A stretch of 64,000 bases of DNA from Candidatus Kaiserbacteria bacterium (lineage in GTDB: Bacteria; Patescibacteriota; Minisyncoccia; Phycocordibacterales; UBA2100), in contig JACPLC010000005.1 in assembly GCA_016186695.1 (NCBI GenBank), positions 64,852 to 128,851 of the forward strand. Reading direction: 5' to 3'. How positions within the stretch are numbered: the first letter of the stretch is position 1; each line of letters opens with the position of its first letter. A program made the position numbers and the translations under genes. Below, piece by piece: positions 9,757 to 20,327 of this stretch. The notes below the pieces were generated by a model. That model made no database searches. It was not told the DNA's origin and worked only from the letters and a program-made list of their open reading frames with translations.

Positions 9757-12261
9757 TCAACGCGTTCGGCCGAGACGCTTCTCCACCTTCGCGACAGCGA
9801 TCGTCGTCTTGATGACAGAGTCGGGATTCAGCGACATACTCTCTATCCCCTGCTCAACGAGGAACTTTGCAAATTCAGGATGGTCGGAGGGCGCCTGCCC
9901 GCAGATACCGACATACTTTTTCCTTTTGCGGCAGACCTTAATGACCTCGGCGATGAATTTTTTGACTGCCGGATCATTTTCGTCAGCAACACGATTCACG
10001 ATGCCGGAGTCGCGATCGAGACCGAGTGTAAGTTGTGTCAAGTCGTTCGAGCCAATAGACATGCCGTCGAACATATCGAGAAATTCGTCCGCAAGAATGA
10101 CGTTCGAGGGAATTTCGCACATGACAATGACCGGCGTTTTGTGGCCGGAGGCAGGTTGTCCCGGCAGAAGATTCGGATGAAGACCGGCTTCCTCCATCGT
10201 GATGAGCACCTTGCGCCCCTCTTCGAGCGTGCGGCAAAATGGTACCATCGGTATTGCGTTCATGAGACCCATCTCCTCCCGCACCTTGAGAAGCGCCTCG
10301 CACTCGAGTTCGAACGCTTCCTTGAACTTCGGATCGTAGTAGCGCGAAGCGCCGCGCCAGCCGAGCATCGGATTTTCCTCGTGCGGCTCGAAATGTTCGC
10401 CGCCGAGGAGTGAGCGATACTCGTTGCTTTTAAAATCGGAGAAACGAACGATGACCTGCTTCGGGTAAAATGCGGTCGCAATCTTTGCGATGCCATAGGC
10501 GAGATTGTCCACGTAAAAACGTTTCTTATCACTCCATCCATGTACGCGCTCATCTATTTTTCTCTGAAGCGTCTTGTCGAGTCGCTTGTAATTAATGAGC
10601 GCAAGCGGGTGCACGCCGACCGAAGAGGCAATGATGAATTCCTCGCGCGCAAGCCCGACGCCTTCGTGCGGAAGGAACGATTTTTCGAATGCCGTGTCCG
10701 GTGTTGCAAGGTTCATGGAAATCTTCGTTCTCGTCTTCGGGATCTTCCGTATATCACTCTCTCGGACATCGAAACGGAGTGCACCCCTGAAAATGACACC
10801 CTCGGCGGAGGTTGTGTCTACGGTGATGACAGTCCCCGTTTTGATGCGTTTCGTCACACTCCCCGCGCCGACAACCGCGGTCAAGCCCAGCTCGCGCGAG
10901 ACGATCGCCGCATGCGAGGTGCGGCCGCCCTTGTCAGTCACGATAGCCGCTGCCTTTTTCATCACCGGCTCCCAATCAGGATCGGTCATTTCGGTGATGA
11001 GTATCTCGCCCCGCTCCAGTTTCTCCATGTCGCGCACACTTTCGATAACGCGCGCTTTCCCGACTACTATCTTTGAGCCGACCGAAAGTCCTTTACCGAT
11101 GATGGTGCCGTTGTCGCGCCGAATGTACTCCTTTATCTTTGAGCGATCCCTGGAAACCTGCACCGTTTCCGGTCTTGCCTGCAGAATAAAAAGCTCGTGG
11201 GTCCTCCCGTCGAGTCCCCACTCAATGTCCATCGGCGTCGGTTTCCCTCTTTTTTTGGAATAGTGCTCTTCTATTTCTTTCGCCCACGTCGCAAGCACCA
11301 GTATCTCTTTGTTCGTGATGGAGAAACGCTCACGGTCCGCCTTTGGGGTCTTCTCGACCTTTACCGGCCTTCCATTCTCTCGTGCTGCGTATACCATTTT
11401 CACCTCCTTGCTGCCAAGACGCCTTCCGATGATGGGAAGCGGTGCGCGACCGAGCATTTTCTTCGCGACAAGAAATTCATCGGGCACCACCTTACCCTGC
11501 ACGATCATCTCCCCGAGGCCGTAGGAGCTGGTGACGAGTATGACGTCGGGAAAACCGCTTTCGGTATCGATCGTAAAAATGACGCCGGAGGCGCCAAGGT
11601 CACTTCTCACCATCCGCTGTACGCCGACCGAAAGCGCGATTTCGTGCTTGTCGTAGCCCTTGTCGATGCGATATGAGATCGCGCGGCCGGTAAAGAGCGA
11701 CGCAAAACAGGCACGAATTGCCTTTAGAATGTCTTTCTCACCGCGAACACCGAGGTAGGTATCGTGTTCGCCGGCAAAGCTCGCGTCCGGCATGTCTTCA
11801 GCCGTCGCCGAAGAGCGCACCGCGACATCGATATTTGTCCCGTACTTTTCCTCCATATCGCGATACGCGTGGATGATCTGCGTTTCGAGCACCGCAGGAA
11901 ACGTCGCGTTCGTTATCTTTTTCCGGATCGCCACACCGACTTCTTCAAAGTGCTTTACGTCTCTCTTTTTCAAACTGCGGAGTTGGGATTTGATGAACTT
12001 CTCGAGTCCGGCTTCGCGCAAAAACAGCCGGTAGCCTTCTGCCGTCACGATAAATCCAGAAGGAACACGAATACCCTTGCTTCCAAGCTCGCGGAGCATT
12101 TCGCCAAGACTCGCATTCTTTCCGCCAACGAGCGCAACGTCGTTCATTCCCGCCTTTTCCATTCCGATGACGAGGGCCTTGCCCGTCCGAAGCCTTGCGC
12201 GAAGGAGGGCGTGGCGGTGCGCGGGACTTTTTGGCTGTGTGCGGCTACGTCCCGCTCGCAT
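9757..12261 (-). CDS. ppsA: Phosphoenolpyruvate synthase
   Basis: VGGKNASLGEM, AVRSSATAED, GGRTSHAAIVSRELG, SIGSNDLTQL. Confidence 0.96.
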   Translation of the reverse strand: MRAGRSRTQPKSPAHRHALLRARLRTGKALVIGMEKAGMNDVALVGGKNASLGEMLRELGSKGIRVPSGFIVTAEGYRLFLREAGLEKFIKSQLRSLKKRDVKHFEEVGVAIRKKITNATFPAVLETQIIHAYRDMEEKYGTNIDVAVRSSATAEDMPDASFAGEHDTYLGVRGEKDILKAIRACFASLFTGRAISYRIDKGYDKHEIALSVGVQRMVRSDLGASGVIFTIDTESGFPDVILVTSSYGLGEMIVQGKVVPDEFLVAKKMLGRAPLPIIGRRLGSKEVKMVYAARENGRPVKVEKTPKADRERFSITNKEILVLATWAKEIEEHYSKKRGKPTPMDIEWGLDGRTHELFILQARPETVQVSRDRSKIKEYIRRDNGTIIGKGLSVGSKIVVGKARVIESVRDMEKLERGEILITEMTDPDWEPVMKKAAAIVTDKGGRTSHAAIVSRELGLTAVVGAGSVTKRIKTGTVITVDTTSAEGVIFRGALRFDVRESDIRKIPKTRTKISMNLATPDTAFEKSFLPHEGVGLAREEFIIASSVGVHPLALINYKRLDKTLQRKIDERVHGWSDKKRFYVDNLAYGIAKIATAFYPKQVIVRFSDFKSNEYRSLLGGEHFEPHEENPMLGWRGASRYYDPKFKEAFELECEALLKVREEMGLMNAIPMVPFCRTLEEGRKVLITMEEAGLHPNLLPGQPASGHKTPVIVMCEIPSNVILADEFLDMFDGMSIGSNDLTQLTLGLDRDSGIVNRVADENDPAVKKFIAEVIKVCRKRKKYVGICGQAPSDHPEFAKFLVEQGIESMSLNPDSVIKTTIAVAKVEKRLGRTR

Positions 12262-12302
12262 GATGGCGGCAGTATACCCGAATAACGACTACTAGCAACC
12301 TG

Positions 12303-12560
12303 TTAGCTGAGATGCGCCGAGACGAGCTTCGTCATCTCAAACATTGTAACCTCACCCTTGCCCCCGAATATCACCTTCAGCTTGGCATCCGCGAGGATGT
12401 TCCTCTTGTTCTGGGGATTCTGAAGATTGTTCTTCTTAATGTATTCCCATAGCTTCTTCACCACTTGACCTCTCGCCATGGGCCCCGAGCCCACGACAGC
12501 TTCGAGCTCCGTCGAAAGATTCATCGGCTTTAGTAATGCTGGATTAGCTTTTCGTACCAT
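12303..12560 (-). CDS. Stand-alone SWIB/MDM2 domain protein
   Basis: VVKKLWEYIKKNNLQNPQNKRNILADAKL. Confidence 0.92.
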   Translation of the reverse strand: MVRKANPALLKPMNLSTELEAVVGSGPMARGQVVKKLWEYIKKNNLQNPQNKRNILADAKLKVIFGGKGEVTMFEMTKLVSAHLS

Positions 12561-12748
12561 ATACGTGTATTAGCTGGTAGACATACAGTGTAGCGAATAT
12601 AGGAGGTGCGCCACGGGGCGCCTGTGGATAGTCAAAAAAGCAAACAAAATCATAGCGGGCAAACCACATCGAGTGCTTGCTCTATATCTATTCGTCACAT
12701 AGTATTTCTATACCTGTTGTTCTTTCGGCTTTAAAAGAGGTAACGGCC

Positions 12749-12940
12749 ATGACGCAACAATCCTCGATCGTTCCCGAATACCGAAACGGGGAACCAACGT
12801 ACGCGGCAACGTGGGGCCGGCCTCGATGTCGGTGTGGTGGATTGCTCACGCAGCAGCCCGTCGCACCAGCAAACGACATCCGCGCTTCGTTTACCTGCGA
12901 CCAATGTACGCAGGTGACGCAGTTACCGCACCGAGACTAA
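12749..12940 (+). CDS. Small putative zinc-ribbon protein
   Basis: SD-like GAGG upstream; CRCGG...CDQC; followed by a terminator. Confidence 0.55.
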   Translation: MTQQSSIVPEYRNGEPTYAATWGRPRCRCGGLLTQQPVAPANDIRASFTCDQCTQVTQLPHRD

Positions 12941-12986
12941 ACACCCGATCAAATCGAGTCCGGCCTTCCATGACAGGACTCACCGC

Positions 12987-13013
12987 GCCGCCCGGTATGG
13001 CGGCTTTTCTTTT
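12987..13013 (+). terminator. Intrinsic terminator
   Basis: GCCGCC-cggtat-GGCGGC then T-run. Confidence 0.65.
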
Positions 13014-13034
13014 GTGACTTGCTACTATAAGCGC

Positions 13035-13625
13035 ATGGAAAGTTTCCAGCTCCTTGCGTCGCCGTGGTGGGTCAACCTTGGCTATTTGATTCCGGTTGCG
13101 AGCTATCTTTTGTGTCGTAAGTTCGGGCTTTCGATATCACGGCAAACACTTCTTTTCACAGCATTGTTTGGCATTGCATTTGGAATAAACGAAGCCATTG
13201 TGGTTTTGTATTTGCGCGCAGCGACTGGTTTACTACCTGGATTTGAACATCAGCTCATCGGTGCGACAGGAACACTTACGCTCTACGAACAAATGCAACT
13301 TCTCAATGCGATGCCGGCGACAATCATCGCCACCGAGATGATACGTGAGGCAGCGACTCTCGTTATTCTTATTTCTCTGTCGCTTGCCGTCGCGCGACGA
13401 ATTTCTGAACGTTGGGCACTTTTTCTCTGGATGTTTGCGTTCTGGGACATCTTTTACTACGTGGGCCTTTGGCTCATCACGCGTTGGCCGCCTTCCCTTG
13501 TTACGTGGGACGTCCTTTTTCTCATTCCGCAGCCATGGGTATCGCAAGTATGGTTTCCAGTGCTTGTGAGCACGCTTTGTATTGCCGCAGTCGCATTCGC
13601 GAGAACTAGTAAGATGCCCGTATGA
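13035..13625 (+). CDS. Hypothetical membrane protein
   Basis: Multiple TMs; EAIVVLYLR, REAAT, FWDIFYY, DVLFLIP.PW. Confidence 0.8.
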   Translation: MESFQLLASPWWVNLGYLIPVASYLLCRKFGLSISRQTLLFTALFGIAFGINEAIVVLYLRAATGLLPGFEHQLIGATGTLTLYEQMQLLNAMPATIIATEMIREAATLVILISLSLAVARRISERWALFLWMFAFWDIFYYVGLWLITRWPPSLVTWDVLFLIPQPWVSQVWFPVLVSTLCIAAVAFARTSKMPV

Positions 13626-14158
13626 ACATCTGCGTTTTTTGCTCGGGGCAAGAGGTCGATGGAAAGTACACGAAAGATGCGACAGAGCTCGGGCGTCTCA
13701 TCGGGAGCAAAGGGCACACGCTCGTCTGGGGTGGCTCGAACGGCGGCCTCATGCGAGCCGTCGCTGATGCCGTCCAAAACGCCGGAGGTAAGATCGTCGG
13801 GGTATCCGTCGAATTTCTGCGCGAGAAAGCGCGCGAGAACGCGGATGAAATGGTCGTCACGAAAGATCTCGCAGAGCGCAAAGAGCTGCTCCTTTCACGC
13901 AGCGATGCCATCGTCGTGCTTCCCGGAGGCACGGGAACCCTCGATGAGATCGGCGAGGTGCTCGAGCGAAAGAAGCACAGGATGTATGAAAAACCGGTCG
14001 TTGTGCTCAATGCTGCGAATTTTTATGACGGCCTACGAATGCAACTCCAAAAAATGAGCGAGGAGGGATTTCTTAACGGAACCGTGCGCGAATACGTCTT
14101 CTTCGCGGAGACGCCAGCCGACGCTATCGCAAGCATCGAGAAAAACGCGCAGCAGTGA
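13622..14158 (+). CDS. LOG family nucleotide phosphoribohydrolase (TIGR00730-like)
   Basis: ICVFCS, LVWGG, GLM, PGGTGTLDE. Confidence 0.92.
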   Translation: MNICVFCSGQEVDGKYTKDATELGRLIGSKGHTLVWGGSNGGLMRAVADAVQNAGGKIVGVSVEFLREKARENADEMVVTKDLAERKELLLSRSDAIVVLPGGTGTLDEIGEVLERKKHRMYEKPVVVLNAANFYDGLRMQLQKMSEEGFLNGTVREYVFFAETPADAIASIEKNAQQ

Positions 14159-14285
14159 TTAAGATCTGCGTTCACAAAAGAAACTTGCGCCCCGCGATCC
14201 CGGATGTATCGTTCCTATTGAAACCCACGAGTTCATTCGTTATCCGTGGGTTTATGCGGAAACCTCCGATGAAGGAGACTGTCAA

Positions 14286-14501
14286 ATGGACGAGAACCAG
14301 CGGGTTTTCAGGGCTGCACAGCTACTCAACGGATTCCTCAAACGTCCCGAGCCGACAAATAAGCGCATGGTCCTAGCGCAGGCGCGGAGATGTGGAGAGT
14401 TCTGCGGGCTCCAGATCGAGGGAACGATACATGAGAAATACCCCCTCGTGCTGGCGGGACTGATCATGTTCCAAGCTAAGAAGCTCGAGGAGCGTTCATG
14501 A
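14286..14501 (+). CDS. Small hypothetical protein
   Basis: AAGGAG SD upstream; followed by a hairpin terminator. Confidence 0.55.
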   Translation: MDENQRVFRAAQLLNGFLKRPEPTNKRMVLAQARRCGEFCGLQIEGTIHEKYPLVLAGLIMFQAKKLEERS

Positions 14502-14529
14502 GCGGCCGCACGCGCCAGTTCCTCCCCTC

Positions 14530-14565
14530 CGGCGGGTCGTTACCGACCCGCCGATTTTCATTTTG
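14530..14565 (+). terminator. Intrinsic terminator
   Basis: CGGCGGGTCG-ttac-CGACCCGCCG then T-rich tail. Confidence 0.65.
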
Positions 14566-14610
14566 TTTTATCGGCATCCCGCCGGCGAGAAACACTCCCG
14601 CCCGAGCGCC

Positions 14611-15753
14611 TTAGCGCCACTCCTTTGCGATCTCCCATTTTATTTTTGCTGCGGCGCCGAGCGTCAGTAACATGAGGATAAATTGCGCAAGCCAGCCGAC
14701 GATCGGGATGATGCCGAGTAATGCATATATAAATACGCCTAAAAGTATCGTTTTCCAGTTCACATCAAAGTCTCCTCCGAAGAAGCTGCGGTATGCAAAA
14801 CTGCCGAGAATAACCGGCGTCATTATCCAGAGATACATGATGGTAGTTGCAAACGCGAGGAGTCCGAGAATGCCGAGCGGAATCCCGATCAGGCTCCACA
14901 AAAGCATCATGGAGGCAACCGGCAGGACAATGAAAACGACGAGACCTCTCCCTGTCTCGAAGAGCGGCTGCGCCGCAGCTAGCTCGACAAGCCGTACCGC
15001 GTAGCGCCTGAACACAAGGCCAAGCAGCAGCGCCGAGGCAAGTTGCGCGAAAGTCGTTGCGATGAGCGCGAGCGAAATGATGGCGACGATTCCGCCGACC
15101 GAGACTGTGCGTTCACGCTTTTTGAATGTCGTTTCTCCCGAAATAGCGGACCCGTCTTCCATCGTCGCCTCCTTTGCCGCCGTATAGATAAGGTTTCCCC
15201 TGATACGTGCGCCACTCCCGAGTGTCAATTGCTCCGCGTACACCTCAACATTTCCAGTGACCGTAGAATTGAGATACACGTCCCCACCGCCGATGCGCAC
15301 ATCGCCGGAAACCGGTGCGTCTACGCGCAACGTTCCCGCGCCGGCAAGAAGATCTCCGCCGACGCTCCCGCCAATCGTGATTTGCCCGCCCGCAACGACA
15401 GCGTCGCCGCTCACCTTGCCTTGGAGCAAAATGTTTCCTCCGGCGGCACGGACATCATCCGCCACATCGCCGAGAACGGTTACCGAGCCTCCCGCCGCGA
15501 TGAGATCGCCCCCCACGCTGCCGTTCACGAGAACATTGCCGCCCGCAGCGATGAGATCTGCACCAAGCGTCCCTGCGCTCGAGACGTTTCCGCCGGCGAT
15601 GTATACATCCTCCGTAATCCGCTCCTCCGCCTTGATCGATGGCTGGTCACCCGAGCGCAGTTCAGCCGCGCTTCCTGCCTGAGGAGTGAGGTATATGAGA
15701 GAAGCGAGGAGTAGTGCGGTGGGAAGCAGGATGCCGAGCTTCCGGTTTGCCAT
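14611..15753 (-). CDS. Membrane protein with bactofilin-like beta-helix repeats
   Basis: Repeated V.GD...AGG.V.I.G motifs followed by several TMs. Confidence 0.85.
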   Translation of the reverse strand: MANRKLGILLPTALLLASLIYLTPQAGSAAELRSGDQPSIKAEERITEDVYIAGGNVSSAGTLGADLIAAGGNVLVNGSVGGDLIAAGGSVTVLGDVADDVRAAGGNILLQGKVSGDAVVAGGQITIGGSVGGDLLAGAGTLRVDAPVSGDVRIGGGDVYLNSTVTGNVEVYAEQLTLGSGARIRGNLIYTAAKEATMEDGSAISGETTFKKRERTVSVGGIVAIISLALIATTFAQLASALLLGLVFRRYAVRLVELAAAQPLFETGRGLVVFIVLPVASMMLLWSLIGIPLGILGLLAFATTIMYLWIMTPVILGSFAYRSFFGGDFDVNWKTILLGVFIYALLGIIPIVGWLAQFILMLLTLGAAAKIKWEIAKEWR

Positions 15754-15757
15754 GCGG

Positions 15758-16741
15758 CTACGGTAGCACACCAATCTGCGCCGTGCACGTGTTCGATGAA
15801 CCCTGCGAACCGAAAACGGTCAGCGTGTAGGTGGTCGTCTGTTGGGGCGCCACATATGTACCTCCCTGCACCGCAACGGTGCCGACGCCCGAAAGATACG
15901 CCGAAGAAGCGCTCTCGGAACCCCATGCAAGGCTCGAACTCTGGCCGGAAGAAATCGTGCTCGGGTAGGCAGAAATCACGCATGAAGGTCCCCCGCTCGG
16001 CGCGCGAACAGTGATGCGTGTATAACAGCTGCCGCTCCCTCCCTGACCGGAGACACTGAGCTGGTACACGCGATCGTTCGTAATATTCTGCGCGACACGC
16101 GAACCGGACAGAGGAACATTCCCAAAATCGGTGAGCGAAGCGCGCGATGCATTGAACGACGACCATTGGAGCGTTGACGATTTCCCGTATTCAACAGAAG
16201 TCGGCTGTGCGGAGATCCAGCACGAGGGCTGGGGGTACACGGGACGCGATGGCGGTGGTGCGGGAGCACGCACCGGCGTAGGGTGTGTCTGTCCCGGAAT
16301 AATCTGTTGAAACATCGAGCCGAAGCCGGGAAATGACGATACGTACCACGGCCGCTCTGTGATGTATACCGGCTCTTCAATCCAGTACTCCTCCGTCCAC
16401 CAATAGTCATACACGCGCGGATCACCCCACTCATCCGCATAGAACAACTCCGGTTCATCAACGATGTAGATCGGTTCTTGCTCTTCCCAGTACCACTCGT
16501 CGGGCGGTGGAGGCGGCATGTCCTGATCTTCAGGAAAGACGTACCACGGATCTCCGTCGTATTCATACACACAGTCGCCGTAGTACTCGCAATCTTCCCA
16601 GTACGCGAGCGCGCCTGAACCTGAAGCAGTGAGTTGACGTTCCTCGGTCGCGGAGGTGTCGAGCGAGAGGTAGCCAAGCGTGAGCCCCACGAGCATCAGG
16701 AGAAGCGCGACGAGGAAAAAAGAAACAACGTAGCGCACCAT
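15758..16741 (-). CDS. Membrane-anchored protein with acidic/Trp-rich region and two small Ig-like repeats
   Basis: Repeats PSC.ISA.P.....G.SS.L.W.S..AS.A. Confidence 0.75.
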   Translation of the reverse strand: MVRYVVSFFLVALLLMLVGLTLGYLSLDTSATEERQLTASGSGALAYWEDCEYYGDCVYEYDGDPWYVFPEDQDMPPPPPDEWYWEEQEPIYIVDEPELFYADEWGDPRVYDYWWTEEYWIEEPVYITERPWYVSSFPGFGSMFQQIIPGQTHPTPVRAPAPPPSRPVYPQPSCWISAQPTSVEYGKSSTLQWSSFNASRASLTDFGNVPLSGSRVAQNITNDRVYQLSVSGQGGSGSCYTRITVRAPSGGPSCVISAYPSTISSGQSSSLAWGSESASSAYLSGVGTVAVQGGTYVAPQQTTTYTLTVFGSQGSSNTCTAQIGVLP

Positions 16742-16859
16742 GACTCTATAGTACGTCATGGGAAGCCATTAGAGTGCCGGGTTGTGGATTCATTGAGACC
16801 TCACGAATATAACAGCTATACTTACGCTATTATCAGTACTTTTTACGAGTCCCATTTTT

Positions 16860-17294
16860 ATGGTCCCCATTAATTATCTTGCGGTTTTGGGTGCGGCCGT
16901 GGTTGCAATCGGCCTCGGTTTCCTGTGGTTTGGGCCGCTTTTCGGAAAGCAGTGGATGGAGTCTATCGGGATAACGCCCGACAAGATGGAAGCAATGAAG
17001 GCCGCGGCCAAAGAAAAAGGCATGGGCAAGAACTATGCAATTATGACACTCTCGACACTCGTCATGAGCTACGTCCTCGCGCATGCACTTATCTTCGCAA
17101 GCACGTACCTGAATACGACCGGGACTACTGCGGGATTGCAGACAGGATTCTGGAACTGGCTCGGTTTTGTCGTGCCGGTAACACTCGGTTCCGTACTCTG
17201 GGACGGTAAATCGTGGAAGTACTGGTTTATCACGGCCGGCTACTACCTCGCTGCGCTTCTCTTGATGGGTGTAGTTCTCGCCCTCTGGGTTTAA
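16860..17294 (+). CDS. DUF1761 membrane protein
   Basis: INYLAVL..A....LGFLWFGPLFGKQW. Confidence 0.88.
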   Translation: MVPINYLAVLGAAVVAIGLGFLWFGPLFGKQWMESIGITPDKMEAMKAAAKEKGMGKNYAIMTLSTLVMSYVLAHALIFASTYLNTTGTTAGLQTGFWNWLGFVVPVTLGSVLWDGKSWKYWFITAGYYLAALLLMGVVLALWV

Positions 17295-17329
17295 CTGCCT
17301 TTTTCAACCTCCTTTCTTCCTAGTGGCGA

Positions 17330-17433
17330 GCGGCGGGAGTGTGTTCACGAGGAATCTTCGCAGGCCGAAGAGGCCGAGGATTGAGGATTTTTCAGCAGAA
17401 AAATCCGGGTTCCGAGGAACACATTCCCGCCGC
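17330..17433. repeat. Structured intergenic element with terminal inverted repeats
   Basis: GCGGCGGGAGTGTGTTC ... GAACACATTCCCGCCGC; inner GGATTTTTC/GAAAAATCC hairpin. Confidence 0.6.
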
Positions 17434-17440
17434 GGCCATG

Positions 17441-17872
17441 TTATTCCCTCTTCTCTTTCTCGGCCTCATAGATACGCTCCCTTAGTGCGCTCGTTGAGAA
17501 ACCGTGATCGCGGGTGTTGAAATACATTTCGAACGGAAGATCGTGCCCCGTGTACGGTTTCCCTTTCCAGTCTGATCCGATAATGCGGATATCGAAGCCG
17601 TACTCGTTCTTTTTCAGGATGTCGTACAGCTGCGCTTCAGTGTCGTATTCGAAAATTTCGTCAATGTACTTTATCGACTCGAGAATAATCCTTCGCTCTT
17701 CAAGTGACATGATGGGCTTATTTTTTTCCGGCCTGTCGATGGAGGGATCGGAGTGAAGCCCGACGATGAGATAGTCGCACACGGTCTTTGCCTCCTTAAA
17801 AACGAGGATGTGCCCCGCGTGACAGAGATCGAATGCGCCGACCGTTACCCCGACTTTCTTTCCGTTTTTCAT
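17441..17872 (-). CDS. Cytidylyltransferase (glycerol-3-phosphate cytidylyltransferase-like)
   Basis: GAFDLCHAGH, LIVGLHSD, IGSDW, STSALR. Confidence 0.88.
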   Translation of the reverse strand: MKNGKKVGVTVGAFDLCHAGHILVFKEAKTVCDYLIVGLHSDPSIDRPEKNKPIMSLEERRIILESIKYIDEIFEYDTEAQLYDILKKNEYGFDIRIIGSDWKGKPYTGHDLPFEMYFNTRDHGFSTSALRERIYEAEKEKRE

Positions 17873-18000
17873 TGAAAAACAGCATAGCACACTCCTTCAT
17901 TTGCGTTGATCATGGCTCTTGTTGACCATTGACTTCGCAGTTGGCGGTAGACATAATCGCGCGAGCGCACGTTCCCGCGCATCCCACGGAGGACCACAAG

Positions 18001-18381
18001 ATGGGAGAGAACCTTGCTGAGTACCTGCGAAACCAGACGCGGCTGCAGAAGCTCGGCGACCTCGTCCTTTTTTGGGTCGCTGTGCTGCTCTGGCCGCTCG
18101 TCCTCGTTGCCCTTGGAACGGGTCGCCTGATTAAGAAGGGGTTCGCCTGGCGACGACTCGGCTACGTCGCAAGCGGACTGCTCGTTCTGGTGCTTGATGC
18201 TATCGGCATCATCCTCGGAATGAGTAACGGGTGGTGGCTTATCGCTCTTGGCCCGCACGCGAGCGTGCCGATCGCTGTGATCTTCTTTTTCCTCGAGATC
18301 GCGCGCATAAACCTCATCTTTCGATTGTCGGTCTGGTACTGGAATCGGAGGATGAACTGGCGACAGACACGCAGAGAATAA
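18001..18381 (+). CDS. Hypothetical membrane protein
   Basis: GGAGG SD; three hydrophobic segments; hairpin at 18404-18427. Confidence 0.65.
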   Translation: MGENLAEYLRNQTRLQKLGDLVLFWVAVLLWPLVLVALGTGRLIKKGFAWRRLGYVASGLLVLVLDAIGIILGMSNGWWLIALGPHASVPIAVIFFFLEIARINLIFRLSVWYWNRRMNWRQTRRE

Positions 18382-18468
18382 AATAAGTACATCGCGATTT
18401 ATTCGGCGGCACCGAACGGTGCCGCCGGCTATTTATGCAGTCAGTACTCAACGTGATAAAATCATACT

Positions 18469-19041
18469 ATGCAAGCGCTTCTGGCATCGTACGAGAAAGA
18501 TTCAAACCTCCTGCGGCTCGGCAAACTCCTGAAAGAAAACGACTGGGGACTAATCGGCTCTGCAGGAACCGCGAAATACCTCAACGATAACGGGATTCCC
18601 TGCCGCGACGTTTCCGAGATCGTGGGAAAGCCTATCCTCGGTCATCGGGTCGTCACGCTCTCGCGCGAACTCCACGCCGCACTCCTTGCCGCAACACCCG
18701 AGGACTTTAAAGAATTAAAAACACTTGGCGTAGAGCCGATAGACTTGGTCTACGTCACGCTCTATCCCCTCGAGAAAATGATTGCGGGCGGAGCAGGTCC
18801 CGAAGAAGTTATTGAGAAAACCGACATCGGCGGCCCGACACTTTTGCGCTCGGCGGCGAAGGGACGCCGCCTCGCGCTTTCTGCTCCTTCGCAGATAAGC
18901 GAAGTCGAGGCGTGGCTCGCCGGCGGAGCAAAAGAAGATGAGAGAACAAAACTCGCAGAAAAGTTCGCCGCTTCCGCAGAGCGCAGAGTGGCTGAGTACG
19001 TCGCAAAGTCTGCTGAATACTCGGAAAATAGGGCAAAGTGA
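18469..19041 (+). CDS. purH: IMP cyclohydrolase (PurH N-terminal MGS-like domain only)
   Basis: GTAKYL, HRVVTL, IDLVYVTLYP, DIGGPTLLRSAAK; only 190 aa, no transformylase domain. Confidence 0.8.
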   Translation: MQALLASYEKDSNLLRLGKLLKENDWGLIGSAGTAKYLNDNGIPCRDVSEIVGKPILGHRVVTLSRELHAALLAATPEDFKELKTLGVEPIDLVYVTLYPLEKMIAGGAGPEEVIEKTDIGGPTLLRSAAKGRRLALSAPSQISEVEAWLAGGAKEDERTKLAEKFAASAERRVAEYVAKSAEYSENRAK

Positions 19042-19059
19042 TATACTGCCGCTTTCTCT

Positions 19060-19599
19060 ATGCAAGAAACAAACTTGTACACTGCGACAATTCCCCCGAT
19101 GAGAAAAACGCTTGAGTCTCTTTCGAAAATCCTCGACAAGGCCGCGGCGCACGCCGCAGAAAAAGCGACGGAACGCCGGCCCGCCTCATACTTCGAAGAG
19201 CGGCTTTTGCAGAGTCATTTGGTTTTCGACCAGTTCCCCCTCCTCATGCAGATCCAGCGCGTTTCCGACAATGCAAAAGGGGGTGCCGCGCGTCTTGCCG
19301 GCGTAGAGCCGCCCTCGTTTGAAGATAATGAAAAAACCTTCCAAGAACTGAAGGCACGACTCGAAAAGACGATCGCGTTCCTCGACACCGTGAAAGCCGA
19401 GCAGGTTGCCGGAAAAGAGTCACGGAACGTGATACTTCCCTACTGGCAGGGCAAACATCTCACTGCCTTTGAATACGCCACAGAGTACCTGATGCCGAAT
19501 TTTTATTTCCACTTTGCAACTGCCTACTCGGTCCTCCGCGCAAACGGCGTCGAGGTGGGCAAGGACGACTACATCGGCAGGTTGCCGTTGAAAAACTAA
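19060..19599 (+). CDS. DUF1993 (DinB-like) protein
   Basis: DQFPLLMQIQ, PNFYFH..TAYSVLR..GV..GK.DY. Confidence 0.9.
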   Translation: MQETNLYTATIPPMRKTLESLSKILDKAAAHAAEKATERRPASYFEERLLQSHLVFDQFPLLMQIQRVSDNAKGGAARLAGVEPPSFEDNEKTFQELKARLEKTIAFLDTVKAEQVAGKESRNVILPYWQGKHLTAFEYATEYLMPNFYFHFATAYSVLRANGVEVGKDDYIGRLPLKN

Positions 19600-19600
19600 C

Positions 19601-20326
19601 ATGCCGAGGCATTTCTTTTTCGACCTCGACAACACGCTCACACGGAGCAAATCGCACATCACTTCGGCACATGCCGAGATTCTCATGAGGCTGACTGAAC
19701 GTGCGGATGTGGTTGTCGTCTCCGGCCATCCGCAAAAAGACATCCGCGAGCATCTCGAGAAAGCTCTCGACGGCCGTTACTATATCCTCGCGCAAAACGG
19801 TAACTACGCGCAGATGCCCGATGGAAAAATCGTATGGGAGCGCCGGCTCTCTCCCCAACAGGTTGCAGCGATCCATGAGTTCACTACAAAAGCGCGCAAG
19901 CACCTTGCCTACAAAGTACGGGACGAGAACGACATCATCGAAGATCGCGGCTGTCAGGTTGCCTTTAGCTTCATCGGACACCACGAGAACCAAGACATCA
20001 AAGATGCCTTCGACCCAGACCATGCAAAAAGAAAAAAACTTCTCGAAGACTTGAGAGAAGACATCGAGCTTCTGCGCAAGAAACACAATATCCAAATACT
20101 GATAGCGGGAACGACTAATTTAGACATTATTGAAGCCGGAAAAACCAAAGGCTACAACATCACGGAGTTCATCAAAACCTTGGGCTGGAGGAAGGAGGAT
20201 TGTATATATATTGGCGATGCGCTCTTTCCGGGCGGCAATGACGAGACAGTGATTGGGATAATTCCGACTCGTCCTGTCAAAGATTACAAAGAAACATACG
20301 AGTATCTGCAATCGATTCTGAAATAA
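19601..20326 (+). CDS. HAD-IIB hydrolase (phosphomannomutase-like)
   Basis: FDLDNTL, IEDRG.Q, YIGDALFPGGND. Confidence 0.88.
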   Translation: MPRHFFFDLDNTLTRSKSHITSAHAEILMRLTERADVVVVSGHPQKDIREHLEKALDGRYYILAQNGNYAQMPDGKIVWERRLSPQQVAAIHEFTTKARKHLAYKVRDENDIIEDRGCQVAFSFIGHHENQDIKDAFDPDHAKRKKLLEDLREDIELLRKKHNIQILIAGTTNLDIIEAGKTKGYNITEFIKTLGWRKEDCIYIGDALFPGGNDETVIGIIPTRPVKDYKETYEYLQSILK

Positions 20327-20327
20327 C

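Noticed and set aside
10143-10170. LLPGQPASGH segment in ppsA as another repeat insertion
   Set aside because: Weak palindrome and no second copy seen; needs an alignment
12657-12680. GGGCAAACC resembling a c-di-GMP-I riboswitch start
   Set aside because: The downstream GGGACGCAAAG and P2 elements are absent
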